Positions 1 to 13,924 of a stretch of DNA of 64,000 bases are shown in pieces (position 1 is the stretch's first letter; every line of letters begins with the position of its first letter). Both the position numbers and the translations under genes were made by a program. The notes beneath the pieces are model-generated. The model was not told the DNA's origin. It did not search any database and worked only from the letters and a program-made list of their open reading frames with translations. Source of the DNA: Ylistrum balloti (Eukaryota); contig NW_026782196.1 in assembly GCF_031769215.1 (NCBI RefSeq), positions 3,162,001-3,226,000 on the forward strand. The letters are read 5' to 3'.

Positions 1-2187
1 CATAACACAAAATATACACAAATTAATAGCACCTCTAAATAAGAATTAGATACAGTAGAGTCACACAATGAATGAAATTCCATCCTCCACCTTAATTCTG
101 AAACCCAGGAGGCGATATTGGAAAATTAAAACCGACCGAAACAGCCAACAGTCATGGTAGTTATAAGATGTTAACATTGCGGAATTATTTGTTTATTGTG
201 TATCTATCTATCATTATCTATACAGCTGATTTATGAGATTTGGAAGATGTTCATTGTATTTGGTGCATACAGCAAACATATAATTTACTGTTAACCGGAG
301 GAAACATCTATTATTAAAAACTTAATTTTATACCCAAATTATTAGCAAGATTAAACAAAGGAAGATGTTTATTCAGAACAATGTTAAGGATAGTGTTTTG
401 ATACAGGACAATACCTGTGAAGAGTTACACGATACGTAATAAAGGTTTTACATGTGATAAGTATAGCACTGTGTAGGGGTGTTTCTAAATGTATATAGAA
501 TAAGGTTACACGGAGATTTAACATTAATATTTGGAATCACAGTTTGTATATACTGCACTTGGTGTTACGTATATGTTGAGATAATTCCTTTCGTTGTTTG
601 ATTTTGTTGGCATAATCATAAATTTGCTGATAATGCATGTTTAATACATATACATATTTGTAAAATGATAATCAATATGATTCGCATATCATTTATATAG
701 TACATATTTTCATAATATGAAAGATTTTTGCTGAACAGTAGTATGTGTACACACCTGTAACATGTGTGAAATCTTGTTTGCTGTTGAAACCTTGTTCAGA
801 ATCAACTCAGCCATAGCAATACCCTTGTGCAAAGTGACAGGGTATCGCAGTACACGTTAAAATTCCTTACACCAGTGCCATGATAAGCAAATGTCAAAGA
901 AAAATGAGGAATGCGAAACAGCCATGTACCGGGAGTCGTATATACCTTTGTCTTAAGTACGGAAACAAACAGCAACCAAGTAGTACAGTTTAAGTGGCTA
1001 AAATCACCCAATGACAAGACTCACTGGTAATAGCGAGATTTGTATTTTCGAAATAAGCGTGTTTTACGTGCCGCTATCAACTTCCGTAAACAATTTCCAT
1101 TTGTCGTGAGATTGATATGCCCTTGAGTTTACAGGATATTTAAGAAATGACACAGAATTCGACTATCATCACATTATATTCCTACATGGCTGATGAAATA
1201 TTGAATATGAACTGATGATATTAATATCAACAGCTATTTAGATGATTAATTTTATCGATTTTGTGTAATACGTCATTATATTGTGTAAACTTGCACGGAT
1301 TTAACATTCCATGTAGACGTGACGTCACCGCAGGTTGTGATTCCATTTTGCCCTATTCGTTATTTTATACAATATCATAAGTATTCATTTATTTAATCAT
1401 CTTTAGACTGCTTACATACTGAAATGTAGTTTAATGGATAAATGTTAATAGTTTGGGATCATATTAACCAAAAACGGCAATGGAAACATCGCCACTACCG
1501 CGTCACGTGGTCTTGATCGTGACGTCAATAAATTTTACTGTTTGTAATTGTTATTCTGTGATAATGACATCGATGAAGTCCATTTTAGTAACGAAAATGA
1601 GAAAATTTGAAAACGTATTTCATGAAATAGATTCCTGGAATTAATTTCGTAATAGATATGAAGAGCAATGACCATTAATCTAACGAACCTGATGTGTAAC
1701 GAGCAATATACACGCCACTCGAATATTAGTAATAGTCGCACAGCTAATATCCAGTGCTGGCTTATAATTGTGTCAGTGGTAATATGCACAAGGAGCTGTT
1801 GCAAACATATCCCCTCCCTAATGATAGCAACACGACGGAATCTCTGCAACGATCCATGATGGGAAAGTATTTCAATGAACACTCAAAATGCATATTTTCG
1901 GAGTAAGCAACATCTCCTCCACAAATAGGATTGTTACAAAATATCTGTAGCAGAATCAAGATGATGACCTGACGAATTGAATTCTGCTTCCGTCAAACTA
2001 TGATCTGAACGAATACCAAATATAAGGCATATGTTCTCTTTTACCAGCATTACCAGAAACACATCCGTGTGAGAGAGAAGAGAACAAAACTCTAATAAAT
2101 TAGATAGAATATATTAAACTGATGGTAAATCTCCAATGCCGTTTATTACGACAAAATTATCCGAAACTGGAAGCTCAGTACCTCATT

Positions 2188-2407
2188 AGTGCTAGGGTCC
2201 TTCCTCATAAGTGCTGGAGCTCATTCTCAATAGTGCTGGAGCTCATTCTCAAAAGTGCTTGAGCTCATCCTCAATAGTGCTTGAGCTCATTCTCAATACT
2301 GCTTGAGCTCATCCTCAATAGTGCTGGGGCTCTTCTTCATAAGTGCTGGGGTCCTTCTTCATTAGTGAAGTGGTCCTTCATCAAAAGTGCTGTAGTCCTT
2401 CCTCATT
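2188..2407. repeat. 22-bp minisatellite, about 10 copies (AGTGCTGGAGCTCATTCTCAAT consensus)
   Basis: AGTGCT recurs every 22 bp; 220 bp equals 10 units, more degenerate at the ends. Confidence 0.9.
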
Positions 2408-5402
2408 CATGGAATTGAAAACTGTTCAACAATAGTACATTCCTCAGAGGACCTTAGGGCAGTCGTAAATATTAATTATGTCATTATAGAATATCACCTT
2501 TTCACAATGCTTAGTTCATTAATCTCATTATGCACATCGCGTATGTTTACAAATTACTATTATAACAAACTATACAGATTGTGTTGTTGCTTCATTGCCA
2601 GGTTTACACCTGTAAGTACAGCTTTTAATTTCCTTTCAAAGACGAGAAATAAAAAGATGAACCGATATTAAAGTCTTAGTTTGAAAGGAAAGGGATATGT
2701 TAGTTAAACGCGTGAGTAATTTCAAAATTAAATGTCAAGATGTCTGCATTAGAAATCCTATAAGAAGTATTTCGTCTTTTCCTCATATTATTAACTATAA
2801 TTGTTAGACACAAACATTCTAATGGGCGTCTCATCTGTCGGACACTACCGGGTTACCTCCCTCAAAAACATTATCATATTATATGAAAAAAAATTCATTG
2901 ATTCTAAAAAAAAGAATCTCTAGAATCTTAACAGAAAAAAAAAACTTTCATTATAGTCAAAGAAAAGATGTAATAGAAATGTAAAATGTCGTGACATTGT
3001 GATGTAGATAGTGGAGAGGATTTGTCAATCGCTGTAGCAACAGAATATTGGCGTACGTCATGTTATTTCACACATCTCGTCATTTAGTCTAGCCTACTAA
3101 TGTGATATTGACGAGAAGATGTCCCGGTAGTCGTCTTTTATGATCAAATTAATTAAACAGTAGCCACATTTGTGACATTCTTTTCATCTTACCATTCTAG
3201 TTAAGATATCTGTGATGCATTGTTTGATTTGAACATGTTCATTTGTTGCTTCAATAAAAAATCGAAAATGATGTTAAAGTCTTCTCAATTGTTTTTTCAA
3301 TTGGTTTGATCAGGCATCCCAAACGTCTATAATGATTTTTTTATTCTTTCTTTTTTCAGTTAATTCATTGTATTGACTGCTTTGAAACTGAATTTCAATA
3401 TTTCGTAACGAATACAATCTCTCATATTATGCAACCTATATGTTCAATGATCTTCCCCAAGATGTTTACTGACATCACAATGTAACCTTTTTTGGTCTTC
3501 AGTATCAATATTGGTACACGTAGCTATTTTTGAGTTGTTAGTGTTTTTTTCATTACTTTCAAACTCATCTTTGTAATTGAAATGAGCGTGAAGTGTTTCA
3601 CTATTTACCTCGCGGCCTTTTACTTAACTTAAATCGCTCTTGACATTCACATTTCAAATTGTGTAGAATGCCAAAGAATGAATTCGACATTTGGTTTGAT
3701 CTGATGCCAAGAGACTATGTATAAAAGAGGGCACCTGTCAATTAGGATAGTTAACATTTCAATATGGAATTGAGGTGTCCTTGTAAAGAGAACAACAGTG
3801 TAGTGTTTCTTTTAATGTCAAGGAAACGTCCCAACGTGAAAGTTTAAGGTCGCTGTCAGTGAGAATGTGACAAATACAGAAATAGATTATATTGGAATAA
3901 CTACCTTAACTATAAAGCGAGAGGTCTGCTTATTGATTATGGAGTCCAAATTCCAAAAGTAAAGGTCAAGGTTAGCCATTATCGAAATATAATGTCAGAA
4001 CTCCATAATCATTTATATGTAGAAACTTCCAAATGACATCGAACGGTTTTCCGCACGTTGATTTCTGTGTATATTGAGATCAAAATGCCAAGGTCTGTAT
4101 AAACCATTATAAACATTCTTATACGTCTTTCTTGGTTGGATTGGGTAATGTCACGACACATAGCGAGAACTCTAATGGTTTCTATGTTATACCGATAAGG
4201 ATAACAAGATTTATGGTTTACACTAAAGCATAGCCTCCGTGATGGATAATGTTAATAATCCGCGCTGGTCTCTGATTCTTCTTCCCTGATAGAATTTGTT
4301 TATACATCACTGCACATAGGCTTTGTTCAGGAAATTTTCTTTCTGTAAAATTGATGATCACAAAAGAAATTAACTTGCAGAATGAATACAATCGTCCTGT
4401 ACAAAAAATCGTCTTATTCCAGTATATTTTTCCACTTCCTCAAGCTTATATTCTGTCAGTCTCAGCGTTACCATGGCTTTCAGTTGAACAATTAAAAAAA
4501 ATCATCTTATTCTGATTCATTGAATATTGCGTAGTAGATAACACACTGTTCCTATAACGGGATCGTGTATCTGTGTAAATACTTTCTTTAAAATGAAAAC
4601 TTATTTCTGTGGAAAAACCAAATTTTGTGATTAATGAGAAAGAAAAGTATTTTAAAGCAACAATCTGGTTTACTAAGTGTTTGTTATGTACATGTAGAAA
4701 TAGAAACCTGTTTACTGTTGTTTATAATGTATTAGACCAACTTATTGTGAAATTCTCCACAGGAAACATTTTTGATAAGTTATTTTAAAATCAAACCTTT
4801 GTTTATCTATTAACAAAGACTAAAAAAATTGCTGACAATAATTAAAAGGTCACTATTTCTTCGTCAACTCTGGTATCGCTCGCACACCCAAAAAAAGCTT
4901 GTTCCACACACTTACTCTGTCGGTTGTAAAGCAAAGTTTGAAACAGGTAGCAAACGAAATAGAAGTCATCTCTATAGCGGTTAGAGACGTCATATGGAAT
5001 TCTTTCGCTATACCTAAGCTTTCATAAAGATTTCTTTCAATTGATGACTAGAATAGCATAAGTAGGTCGTTTTTGTTGATCTGGTTTTTTAAGTGACATA
5101 CAATCCGTTTCACGTAATGAATAATGTATTTTATGTAAAGAAGGTAGTTGAATTTCAATGATATCGGCAGAACTATGACTTCCTTAATACTAACCATGTC
5201 AACCATGGATAAAGGGAGGTAACCGCGGTACGCTCTGAATAGTGGCACAGGAAGATTTTAGATTTTGTTAATACAAAGTAAACCAAAATCATACAATACT
5301 ATCATCAGACTTAATTTATTTATATGTTCATTCGACTGGAGCTAAAACTTTTACTCGAATCATCTTAAAACATTATCATGCATACTCCCATGAGTAGCAC
5401 AT

Positions 5403-5525
5403 TCACTCTCAATGGACCGGAAATGTCAAACTCACTCACAATGGACCGGAAATGGTAATACTCACTCTCAATGGACCGGCAATGGTCATACTCACTCACA
5501 ATGGACCGGAAATCCTTACTCACTC
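5403..5525. repeat. ~30-bp tandem repeat, 4 copies (TCACTCACAATGGACCGGAAATGGTCATAC)
   Basis: CAATGGACCGG core occurs 4 times at about 30-bp spacing; degenerate ATACTC(A/G)C units continue to about 6290. Confidence 0.85.
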
Positions 5526-6620
5526 GGGGAATCCAAGAATACGACTGTGTGTCACTTTGTGATCAGAGAAGGTGACGAAGTCGGCCCCTTGTGGAAGCAA
5601 GTTTTTTTCTTCGGTGTCTTTAACCAAGGGGACAGGAGAGCAACATAGATTATACAACCAATATTTTAACTATTTGGATCTTTATTTATTTATCTTTTTT
5701 TTCTCAGCTGTTTCTTTATGTGCTTTTTTTCCAACATTGGTATTCGTCTTGGCATCCGTCCTCACATGATAATGGTCAAACAAAACGATAAAACCAAGGC
5801 CATGCATGTACTTGCTTAATATGAACTCAGGCATACTCGCCATAGTCTCAAATATTATCATACTCATTCACTTTAGACTAAATAAGTGTAATTAAACTCA
5901 CTTATCATAAATTGAAATATGATCGTACACACTTATTATGGACTATGGTAGGCTCATACTCACAATGACCTAAATCAATCATTATCTGCACACGAACTTT
6001 GGACTTACTCGAGACCATACTCACGCAGAATAATCTAAAACCCTCATTTACTATAAAATATGACAGGATCATATTCACAATAAATCAATGTACGGTAATA
6101 CATGTCTTACTCGCCATACAGCAGGATCATGCTCGTTCACAGGGTAAGATCGTGCTCACTCAACATGTTATGAAAAGACGAAGCCATATTTACTATAAAG
6201 TTAGAGAACATCAAATACACAAGTATATACCAGTATCAATTTTAACACTCTATTTACTTATGTGTCATATTATACACTTAAAATGAATCGGGATCTTCGC
6301 CTTAGTGGACGGAACGCTATTTATGTCAGTTTCCTGTTTTCTTCCTCACACCGGAGTGATCGAATTCTTGATCGAGGTCACTATACACCTGAATACATAG
6401 ATTTGTGACTGTATATCAACGACACAAAAACATCTAGATGAGTCGTCTAACGATAATTCTTTAGATATTGCCATTCAGTTGTAATCGTTTATGATATTCT
6501 GGTACTGTAGCTTTCTAAGTGAGTAATGGAAGATTGTATAAGACACGTGAACGATACATTTCAATACAAATTAACTAGAGCCAAATAAGGACTGAAACTG
6601 CAATATACAGCTGTTGAGGT

Positions 6621-6984
6621 CATTGAGGTCATCACAAAAGTACGTCCACAATGAGGTCATTACCCAAGTACGTCCACATTGAGGTCCTCACCCAAGTACG
6701 TCCACAATGAGGTCATCACCCAAGTACGTCCACAATGAGGTCATCACTCAAGTACGTCCACAATGAGGTCCTCACCCAGGTACGTCCACAATGAGGTCAT
6801 CACCCAAGTACGTCCACAATGAGGTCCTCACACAAGTACGTCCACAATGAGGTCCACGCCCAAGTACGTCCACAATGTGGTCCTCATCCAAGTACGTCGA
6901 CAATGAGGTCCTCACACAAGTACGTCAACAATGAGGTCCTCGCCCAAGTACGTCCACAATGAGGTCCACACCCCAGTATGTCAA
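6621..6984. repeat. 28-bp minisatellite, about 13 copies (CAATGAGGTCATCACCCAAGTACGTCCA)
   Basis: Directly visible periodicity. Confidence 0.95.
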
Positions 6985-6990
6985 CAATGA

Positions 6991-7312
6991 CACAGTGACA
7001 TTATTTACCCATGAACGTACCGTGACATCTACTACCAATGTACGTACACAGTGACATCCATTACCAATGTACGTACACATGACATCCATTACCCATGTAC
7101 ATAAACAGTGACATCCATTACCAATGTAGGTACACAGTGACATCCATTACCAATGTACGTACACAGTGACATCCATTACCCATGTACGTACACAGTGACA
7201 TCCATTACCCATGTACGTACACAGTGACATCCATTACCAATTTACGTACACAGTGACATCCATTACCAATATACGTACACAGTGACATCCATTACCCCTG
7301 TTCATCAACAGT
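6991..7312. repeat. 29-bp minisatellite, about 11 copies (CAGTGACATCCATTACCCATGTACGTACA)
   Basis: Directly visible periodicity; its reverse complement recurs at 39010-39590. Confidence 0.95.
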
Positions 7313-8110
7313 AACATCCGGACTTCTTGGCATTATTAACTGAATGAAAACGATAAATACAATATTCTCAACCTACCTTTCCATTTCAAATGATATTTTC
7401 TTTCATTTTTTAACTTGCAAAATAATTAATTCCACAAATTAATAAATGTCTCAAAATATCGTTTATCTTCTTATTTTTGTGTAAACGGCTCACACGACTA
7501 AATCAGCACATGAGCGAGTGGAATTCTGTTTCATCCTGGTAGATCAAAATTGTGATTTTTATAAAAGATTGTGCTCTCTGGGGTTGAATGAATAGAGGAC
7601 CCGTCAGATATATTGATTGGCATACATTTGAAATATTGGGGCGAATGAAAAAAATTTTAAATGTTCGGGATAAATATTTTGACCGGAAGTTTTATTTTCC
7701 ATTTATTTTCCCAAGAAGTGTAACAATAGAAACGAAAATGCATTGATATATACTTCTGTATTTGAAGAAATGTCAATTGGCGTAACAACAAACACATGCG
7801 TTCTGTAACCTGATACCAAATATTAATCTTATTCTATACACAGTAGTACCAATTAACGTTAGAGCACATCTGTAGATTACATTATGTATGTGTTATAGCT
7901 AAATACTATCGTCTAAGAGTGATAACTCCTTTGGAGCTAATATTCAGGTGTCGCGGTGCTACAGTTGTGGGATCGCACAATGTTACACGATGTACGATGT
8001 GCGCACGATGTCTCCGCGATGTGCGCACGACCTACACACGAAGATTTTGGTGCGTTGTGCGTTACCACAACTGTACTATCGACAACGCCGATACAACGGG
8101 GTATCTTAGT

Positions 8111-8157
8111 ACACACACACAAACGCTCACATACACACACACACATCAACACATACA

Positions 8158-8217
<60 letters not shown>

Positions 8218-8233
8218 TTATATATATATATAT
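8111..8233. repeat. (CA)n followed by (TA)n microsatellite
   Basis: Directly visible. Confidence 0.97.
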
Positions 8234-8590
8234 TATGTACATATGTATATATGTAAGTCCATATGTATACAGTCACATTAAAAAAAGCTATTCCTGTGTG
8301 AAAACTTGATGAAATTCACTGAAAATATATTTGTATTTGGATGGTTTTTTTAGAATTTTTATTTCTTGATGTGAACAACATAACATTGATATAACTACCA
8401 CAAACAGACATGAGTGGAGATGATCTCTGTATCTATGGTAAATAGGGGTAAATAACAACGTAATACATCAGTATTCATCTCATCAGTCATCGAGAATTCG
8501 GGAAGTTCGTACTTATTTACAATGTCCGTTTTCATGGAAAAGTCATTGCACGGTCAGACTGGTTTCCGCTTTGTCCTTGAATTAATTTAG

Positions 8591-8598
8591 TATATAAA
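8591..8598 (+). promoter_or_regulatory. Candidate TATA box of the methyltransferase gene, with a non-coding first exon ending at about 8699
   Basis: TATATAAA is conserved in both arms and is followed about 100 bp later by a donor (CTG|GTATGT left, CAG|GTATGT right). The ATG exon is preceded by an acceptor (TTCTTTTCAG at 9980-9989). Confidence 0.45.
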
Positions 8599-9999
8599 TA
8601 GATAACGACGCTCTCCACAATATCGTGTGAATCTTAAGCTCTGTAGACGGCACTCTGAGTCCTTCTTGACACACCGCTAAAGACTTCCTTGTCATACTGG
8701 TATGTAAAATTTCTTATTTTATTATCATTATTATTATTTTGAATTTTCTTTCGAAACAAAACCCTTAGAATTAAAGCATGCAGGTAGGCAACAGGTTACA
8801 ATTCTCCCGTAAAATTAAAATTTTCTTCTTATGAACCCGATAAAATGTAATATTACGGCAATTCCAAACTTTCTTACTTGGCGATATAACCAGTGTTCAT
8901 AAACAGTTGCTGCTGATCATGAAATTGAAAAAAAAAAAAAATGCAAAATAGTTGTTTTGCCCAACAAATTATGACATACCTTCACAGAAGCTATATCTTG
9001 TAAGTATCTGACATAGTAACACTTGTTTCGTCTATTCCTGTCACCCGATCGGAAAATCTTTGAAACATAATTTAAAACAAAAAGTCATGCTGCCTTGTGC
9101 TTCCATTTCAGAATCTGAATAACAGTTTTACATAGTATGTGCGAACTGTTTAAGCAATACTACAGTTAATAATAATAATTGGCTTTTTATTATAACTACT
9201 GAAAAAATAATCTGTTTTTCATTTTATGGTTTATGTAACTGTAAGATATGTTTTTAATTTCATAAATAAATACAAAGTCACCCCCTCTGTAAGGTTGGCC
9301 TTTTTCATTCATATTCATTGTTGTGTCGATTCTTGTCGTAGTGTGCATATACATAAATGATCATTAAGATAAAACTATAATAAAATAAACAATTTGGTAA
9401 AATTACGGCGTGAAATTTATTTCTTATATTGGCAAAATATTCATGTCGTCACGTGTTGGTATGTTGTTTATCTATAGTCTAGTGAGGTTTACCCATGCAC
9501 CATGCAATTCTATTTTTATCTGACCGTCTATGACCAATGTTTTTCATGAAAATGTTATTTCAATGTAAAGTTCGTCTGAACTCTGCTGCAGGTATTCAAG
9601 CATTAAACCCACCCGTAATATCATTCAACATGGCTCTACATGATGATTTCACAATCCTAAAAAAAACTTCTCTTGTTTCCGCTCGATGACCACTGTCCGA
9701 GTCTATATATCTTTTTGATGATGCAATTTAGTGTTATTGTATTTATCTCTAAACTTGTATTAAAGGGTGCTTGTTTGTATTTTGTACAATTTAACATATT
9801 GGTTCGATATTACTTCATTATAAGCTATCTACCAGTAAGTAATAGTTGTATGTTTATCCTATCTATATTACGTTATATATGTCCAGTTGTTGATGTTTCA
9901 TTGTTTCTTTCATTGTTTTAATTGGTAGACTAGAAAAGCTTTGGCGGATTAAAATTATTTGACTTAACTAACTAACGTATTCTTTTCAGATCTTTAGAT

Positions 10000-12900
10000 A
10001 TGAATCGAAAGTTGTACACGGCCCTGGTTGGTAAAGCTGTTAGAGACCCAATAGTGCGTTCTGGCATGAAATTGGCCAGCAGGGTGAATTTATTCCAGGC
10101 GTTGAGGGAGAAACCCATGACCGTGCGCACACTTGCTTCTGAACTAAACATGAAAGAGAGGTAAGGGTTAATAATTAAAGGAAGCGCAAATGATTACCTC
10201 CCTTAGTGCACATAGGATTGTAGAGAAGATAGCAACTTCTATCGTTACCTCTCTCAGTGAACATAGAATTGTTATTGTATCTCAGAGTGTTGTGAAGCCA
10301 TTTATTAAAAGAGCATGATATCATTGTATTTCTGTGTATTGTGGAGTCCCTGTCTCTCTCACATCTTTTTAGTTAGATCCCAAAAGTACTACTTCATAAT
10401 CTTTCTTTGAAATTGTACACTGTGATTACATTTGGCGTCTGTACCTGTATCTGCTGGTGTTGCAACTCAGAAAAAGAAAACTCACCAAATGGGCAAGCTA
10501 TTTCGAGTGTCGTAATGCCCTGCGTTTGATACAGGATAAATTACTTGTAATTTGCAAAGCGGATAAAGGAAGGTATTTAATTGATAAATAGTGGACAAAT
10601 GTATTCTCCATTAGGTTTGTTGACATCAACTAATTATTTTCTTCTGATTCCATATGTACAGTCTTAATCTATCATGGTGGGACTGACCATTGTAAGTCAT
10701 GTCAGTGTAGCTAGATAAACAGTCAGTCGGCTAGCTATTACTCTTATACATACAACAAATAGATGTTATTACCCAGTTCTATTTTTAATGTCCATGTAAT
10801 ATATAGTTAATCTTATTTACCGAGACTTTGACATTAGTACGTTGTCCTCTTCTCTGAATGAATTAAACATTTTGTTTTAGGTATATATGGGAGCTCAGCC
10901 AGGCCATGATGGCGTCCGGCGTGATCACCATGGATGCAGAGGAGCAATTAGCCATACCACCAGATTGTGCTGACATATTGTTAGCTGAGACAGAAAAAGC
11001 TGCTTGGAATCCCCATCTTTTTAAGACCTTACCCATCCTTGATAGCTGTTTTCCGTTGGATGGAAAACCAGGTTTGTATTATTTATGTTAACTGAAAAAA
11101 TCAATTGGTAATATAATGTTAATATTTGCCTAATCCAACATTATTTGGATGTAAGCAAGTGCTTTTTTTTTTAATTCGGCGGCTATTTATTTAGGTGACA
11201 TGCATAATCAAAGTTTACATTGTTGGGAATGTATTGTAGTGTTCGCATTGAACATTTATTTTGTATTTTCTGTTCAGTAGGAAAGATCTCATTGGACCAA
11301 GATAATCTAGACTCTATGTCTGTTTGCACAAAAACTTTAGATAATGAAGTACACTCAAATGTGTATCTATCAACATCTTGCTTATTTCCAAGGTCCGACA
11401 AAAAAACTAACAATTCAGAATTAATGTTAAAGAGTGAAACAATTCATCTACGGTACTCTATGGGTTACACCCTGTACCCCTGGAACGTTCCAGGATTACA
11501 TTGAAGAATTCATGACTCCATGTGGATCAGACGAGAAAACTAGTTTGATCCTTTCATGTAAAATTCGAGATCGCACGGTATGTAGCACTGGCTTTGGTGT
11601 TGGGTGCCGCTCCTGTGTAATCTTGAAAGGGGGATATCGGTATGTTATTGCTCAGTTTTTTGTGTTTTTTTTTCTGAAACCTGTTCTATGCTTGCTCCTA
11701 AATATGTACTTATACGAACACCGTTGAAATATGGTATTTTGACTTGGCATTATACTGAATATCCACTATATTCTTTGACAATATGAATATTCTATTTTAA
11801 AATTGAGATGAAAGACTTTAATTATAATTTAATCATAAACAGGAAACTTGTGGTCTGTTTTGGTTGTCAAAGCAAATGCATCTATCAAGTTTTATTTTGT
11901 AATATCTTGCGCCAACATCATGATACTGGGAACAAGCCATAAAATCAATGGCGACATGTACCTTGTAAACCTGGTGTCCGAAAGTGGAAAATTCACGATA
12001 GGGCAATTGAAATCATCACGCTTATCATAAAGACTGGTGGAAAACTGATTTAGGACTGAATCCTACTTCTTAATCCGGCACCACGTGGAATACATGCATA
12101 TACAAGTAACACGGGATGGACGTGTTGAACTGACGTCTGTACTAGAAAAATCCTGCGCACCTAGCGAGGCATATATATGAATCTTCATTCCTGTAATTTC
12201 AGGTTACACACTTGATGAGGCACCGTTTGTGTTGGATTTGCTAAATGAAGTTCGATCTCCATACAGAGCAAGTTTGGTTAAAGAACTCGTGTCCAACATT
12301 AACCTCTATTACACGGGAGGTAAGTTACTGTTTAAACTTAACCGAGAAACAGCTTGCCATCCGGGAAGGTAAAGGTAATTAAAACCCTCAAATAAAAGAT
12401 AGAATCGTGACTTAGACTGGTAATTAGGCTTTCTTTACGGGGAAAATATATATAACAGAGAATTGTCAATGTTTCTTGTCAAAACGACGAAAAACATGAA
12501 AGACAAAGAAACAACAGTGTTAATTATGATGGATATAAATATCTGCAGCATAAACCATGTTTTATTACAAGGGGAAAAAAAGCATAAGAAAAAACTAAAC
12601 AACATTTGGAACTGATTTTAGTGATATATAAAATAAATAATCAACCAGAGGGAGGAAGTAATGAACAAATATGTGTCGCCGCAATAAAGGTGTAATAAAG
12701 AAAATAGAAATGTTGTAAAACTATTTTGTGGAAACTCGAGAGTTTGTTAACAAGACATCTGGAATTAATATACTACTTTATTATAAATAGATAAAGAGTC
12801 GGTTATGTTCTATCATATAAACATAGAGAAAAAAATTTCTTATCAAAATAATGGAGGAAAATTCATTATCTTATTAGGGAAATACAGTAGTATTCAGTAA

Positions 12901-13924
12901 ATTCACTTATTCCAATGATCGTAAATGTATACAAGATATTTCATGTAACAGAAATTATCCTATTTAGTGAATTTGATCAATCGTTGATACTTCGATAGAT
13001 TTAATGATGTACTAGTTACTTATGGATATTGTTTCCAAAACAGTAAACGTTTTTTTTATAAAAATTAAAGATAAGACCAAACCATGGCCGGTTTACCGAG
13101 TTCTTTCATCACTGAATATACTTAAGATTTTCTCTAGGGATGTCCGCGTGGTGTATTAGTAAATTGGTTGTAAGGCACGATTAAAAAATGTCTTTCAACG
13201 TAATTACGTGTTTCTGTGTCAAAATACAAAACTATTAAACACAATGTACTACGTAAAGTATTTGATACAAAGGTTTATTTTTTATTAAAGTTTGTTGTAT
13301 GTGCATATTTGTTGCATATGTTTTCTTCATTTCGATTCAGGTAACCTGAAAAATGTGCTGGATGTTGGATGTGGTTCAGGAGATATCACTATTTCCCTGG
13401 CAGAGCAAATGAAAGGTGTCAATGTTGTCGGGTGTGACACATCGGAAAAGGCTATCGTCACTGCATCAAAATCTTCTACAAAGGTCAAAAACGTGTCATT
13501 TACTCATGTAGATGGTGGAGCCTACCAAAAGGATTGGATAAAAAAATTTGACGTCATCCTGATGTTCGATGTCCTTCATGATCTTCCACATCCCGAAGAA
13601 ACCATGACAGAAATTATAAAAGTGCTGAAGGATGACGGTATTATGATTATCATTGACCCAGACGTCAGCAACAACCCTCAAAATAACATAGGGAACCTTC
13701 ACGCCGCCAACGCTCTCACCTTCAGCTCGTTCTACTGCGTTCCTAGCAGCTGCTGTCATGCTCACAGTTCCGCTCTAGGTATCAGCTGGGGAAGAGAAGG
13801 AAAAGAGTATTTACTCAACAGTTTAGGGTTGGTCGTAAGAAACAGGGTATCGCTTATCAAAAGTATGTTCTTTCACGCGTTTGTCTGTGTCAAATCCTCG
13901 TCGGCAACAGAAAAGAAACTGTAG
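10000..13924 (+). CDS. SAM-dependent methyltransferase, Rv2258c-like (N-terminal winged-HTH plus class I MTase), 350 aa, intact
   Basis: Exons 10000-10160, 10881-11071, 12203-12319 and 13341-13924 (1053 nt; phases 2,1,1; all GT-AG). Motifs: LNMKERYIWELSQAMMASGVI (cf. family LxERYVxEWLxAMxxxG), VLDVGCGSG (motif I), FDVILMFDVLHDLPHPE, SSFYCVPSS, LGISWGRE. Confidence 0.9.
11579..12109. mobile_element. 531-bp insertion in intron 2 of the left methyltransferase copy, flanked by a CACGG direct repeat
   Basis: Absent from the right arm, which reads GATCGCACGG-GATTGACG. CACGG occurs at 11574-11578 and 12110-12114. The element class is not identifiable. Confidence 0.5.

Noticed and set aside
802-1959. 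Short ORFs and TGACGTCA sites at about 1320 and 1521
   Set aside because: No recognisable domain or splice structure, and no match to the full Kolobok 20-bp motif.
6621-7312. CRISPR-like appearance of 28-37-bp repeats (also 25532-26099)
   Set aside because: Units are head-to-tail with no unique spacers, there are no cas genes, and the DNA is eukaryotic.
7919-8309. His/Thr- and Cys/Val-rich ORFs
   Set aside because: They are translations of the (CA)n microsatellite.
8492-8510. Heat-shock-element-like GAATTCGGGAAGTTC upstream of the methyltransferase
   Set aside because: The spacing does not fit three alternating nGAAn units.
13496-13765. 89-aa ORF conserved in both arms (also 33872-34141)
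   Set aside because: It is the antisense shadow of methyltransferase exon 4; conservation follows from the duplication.
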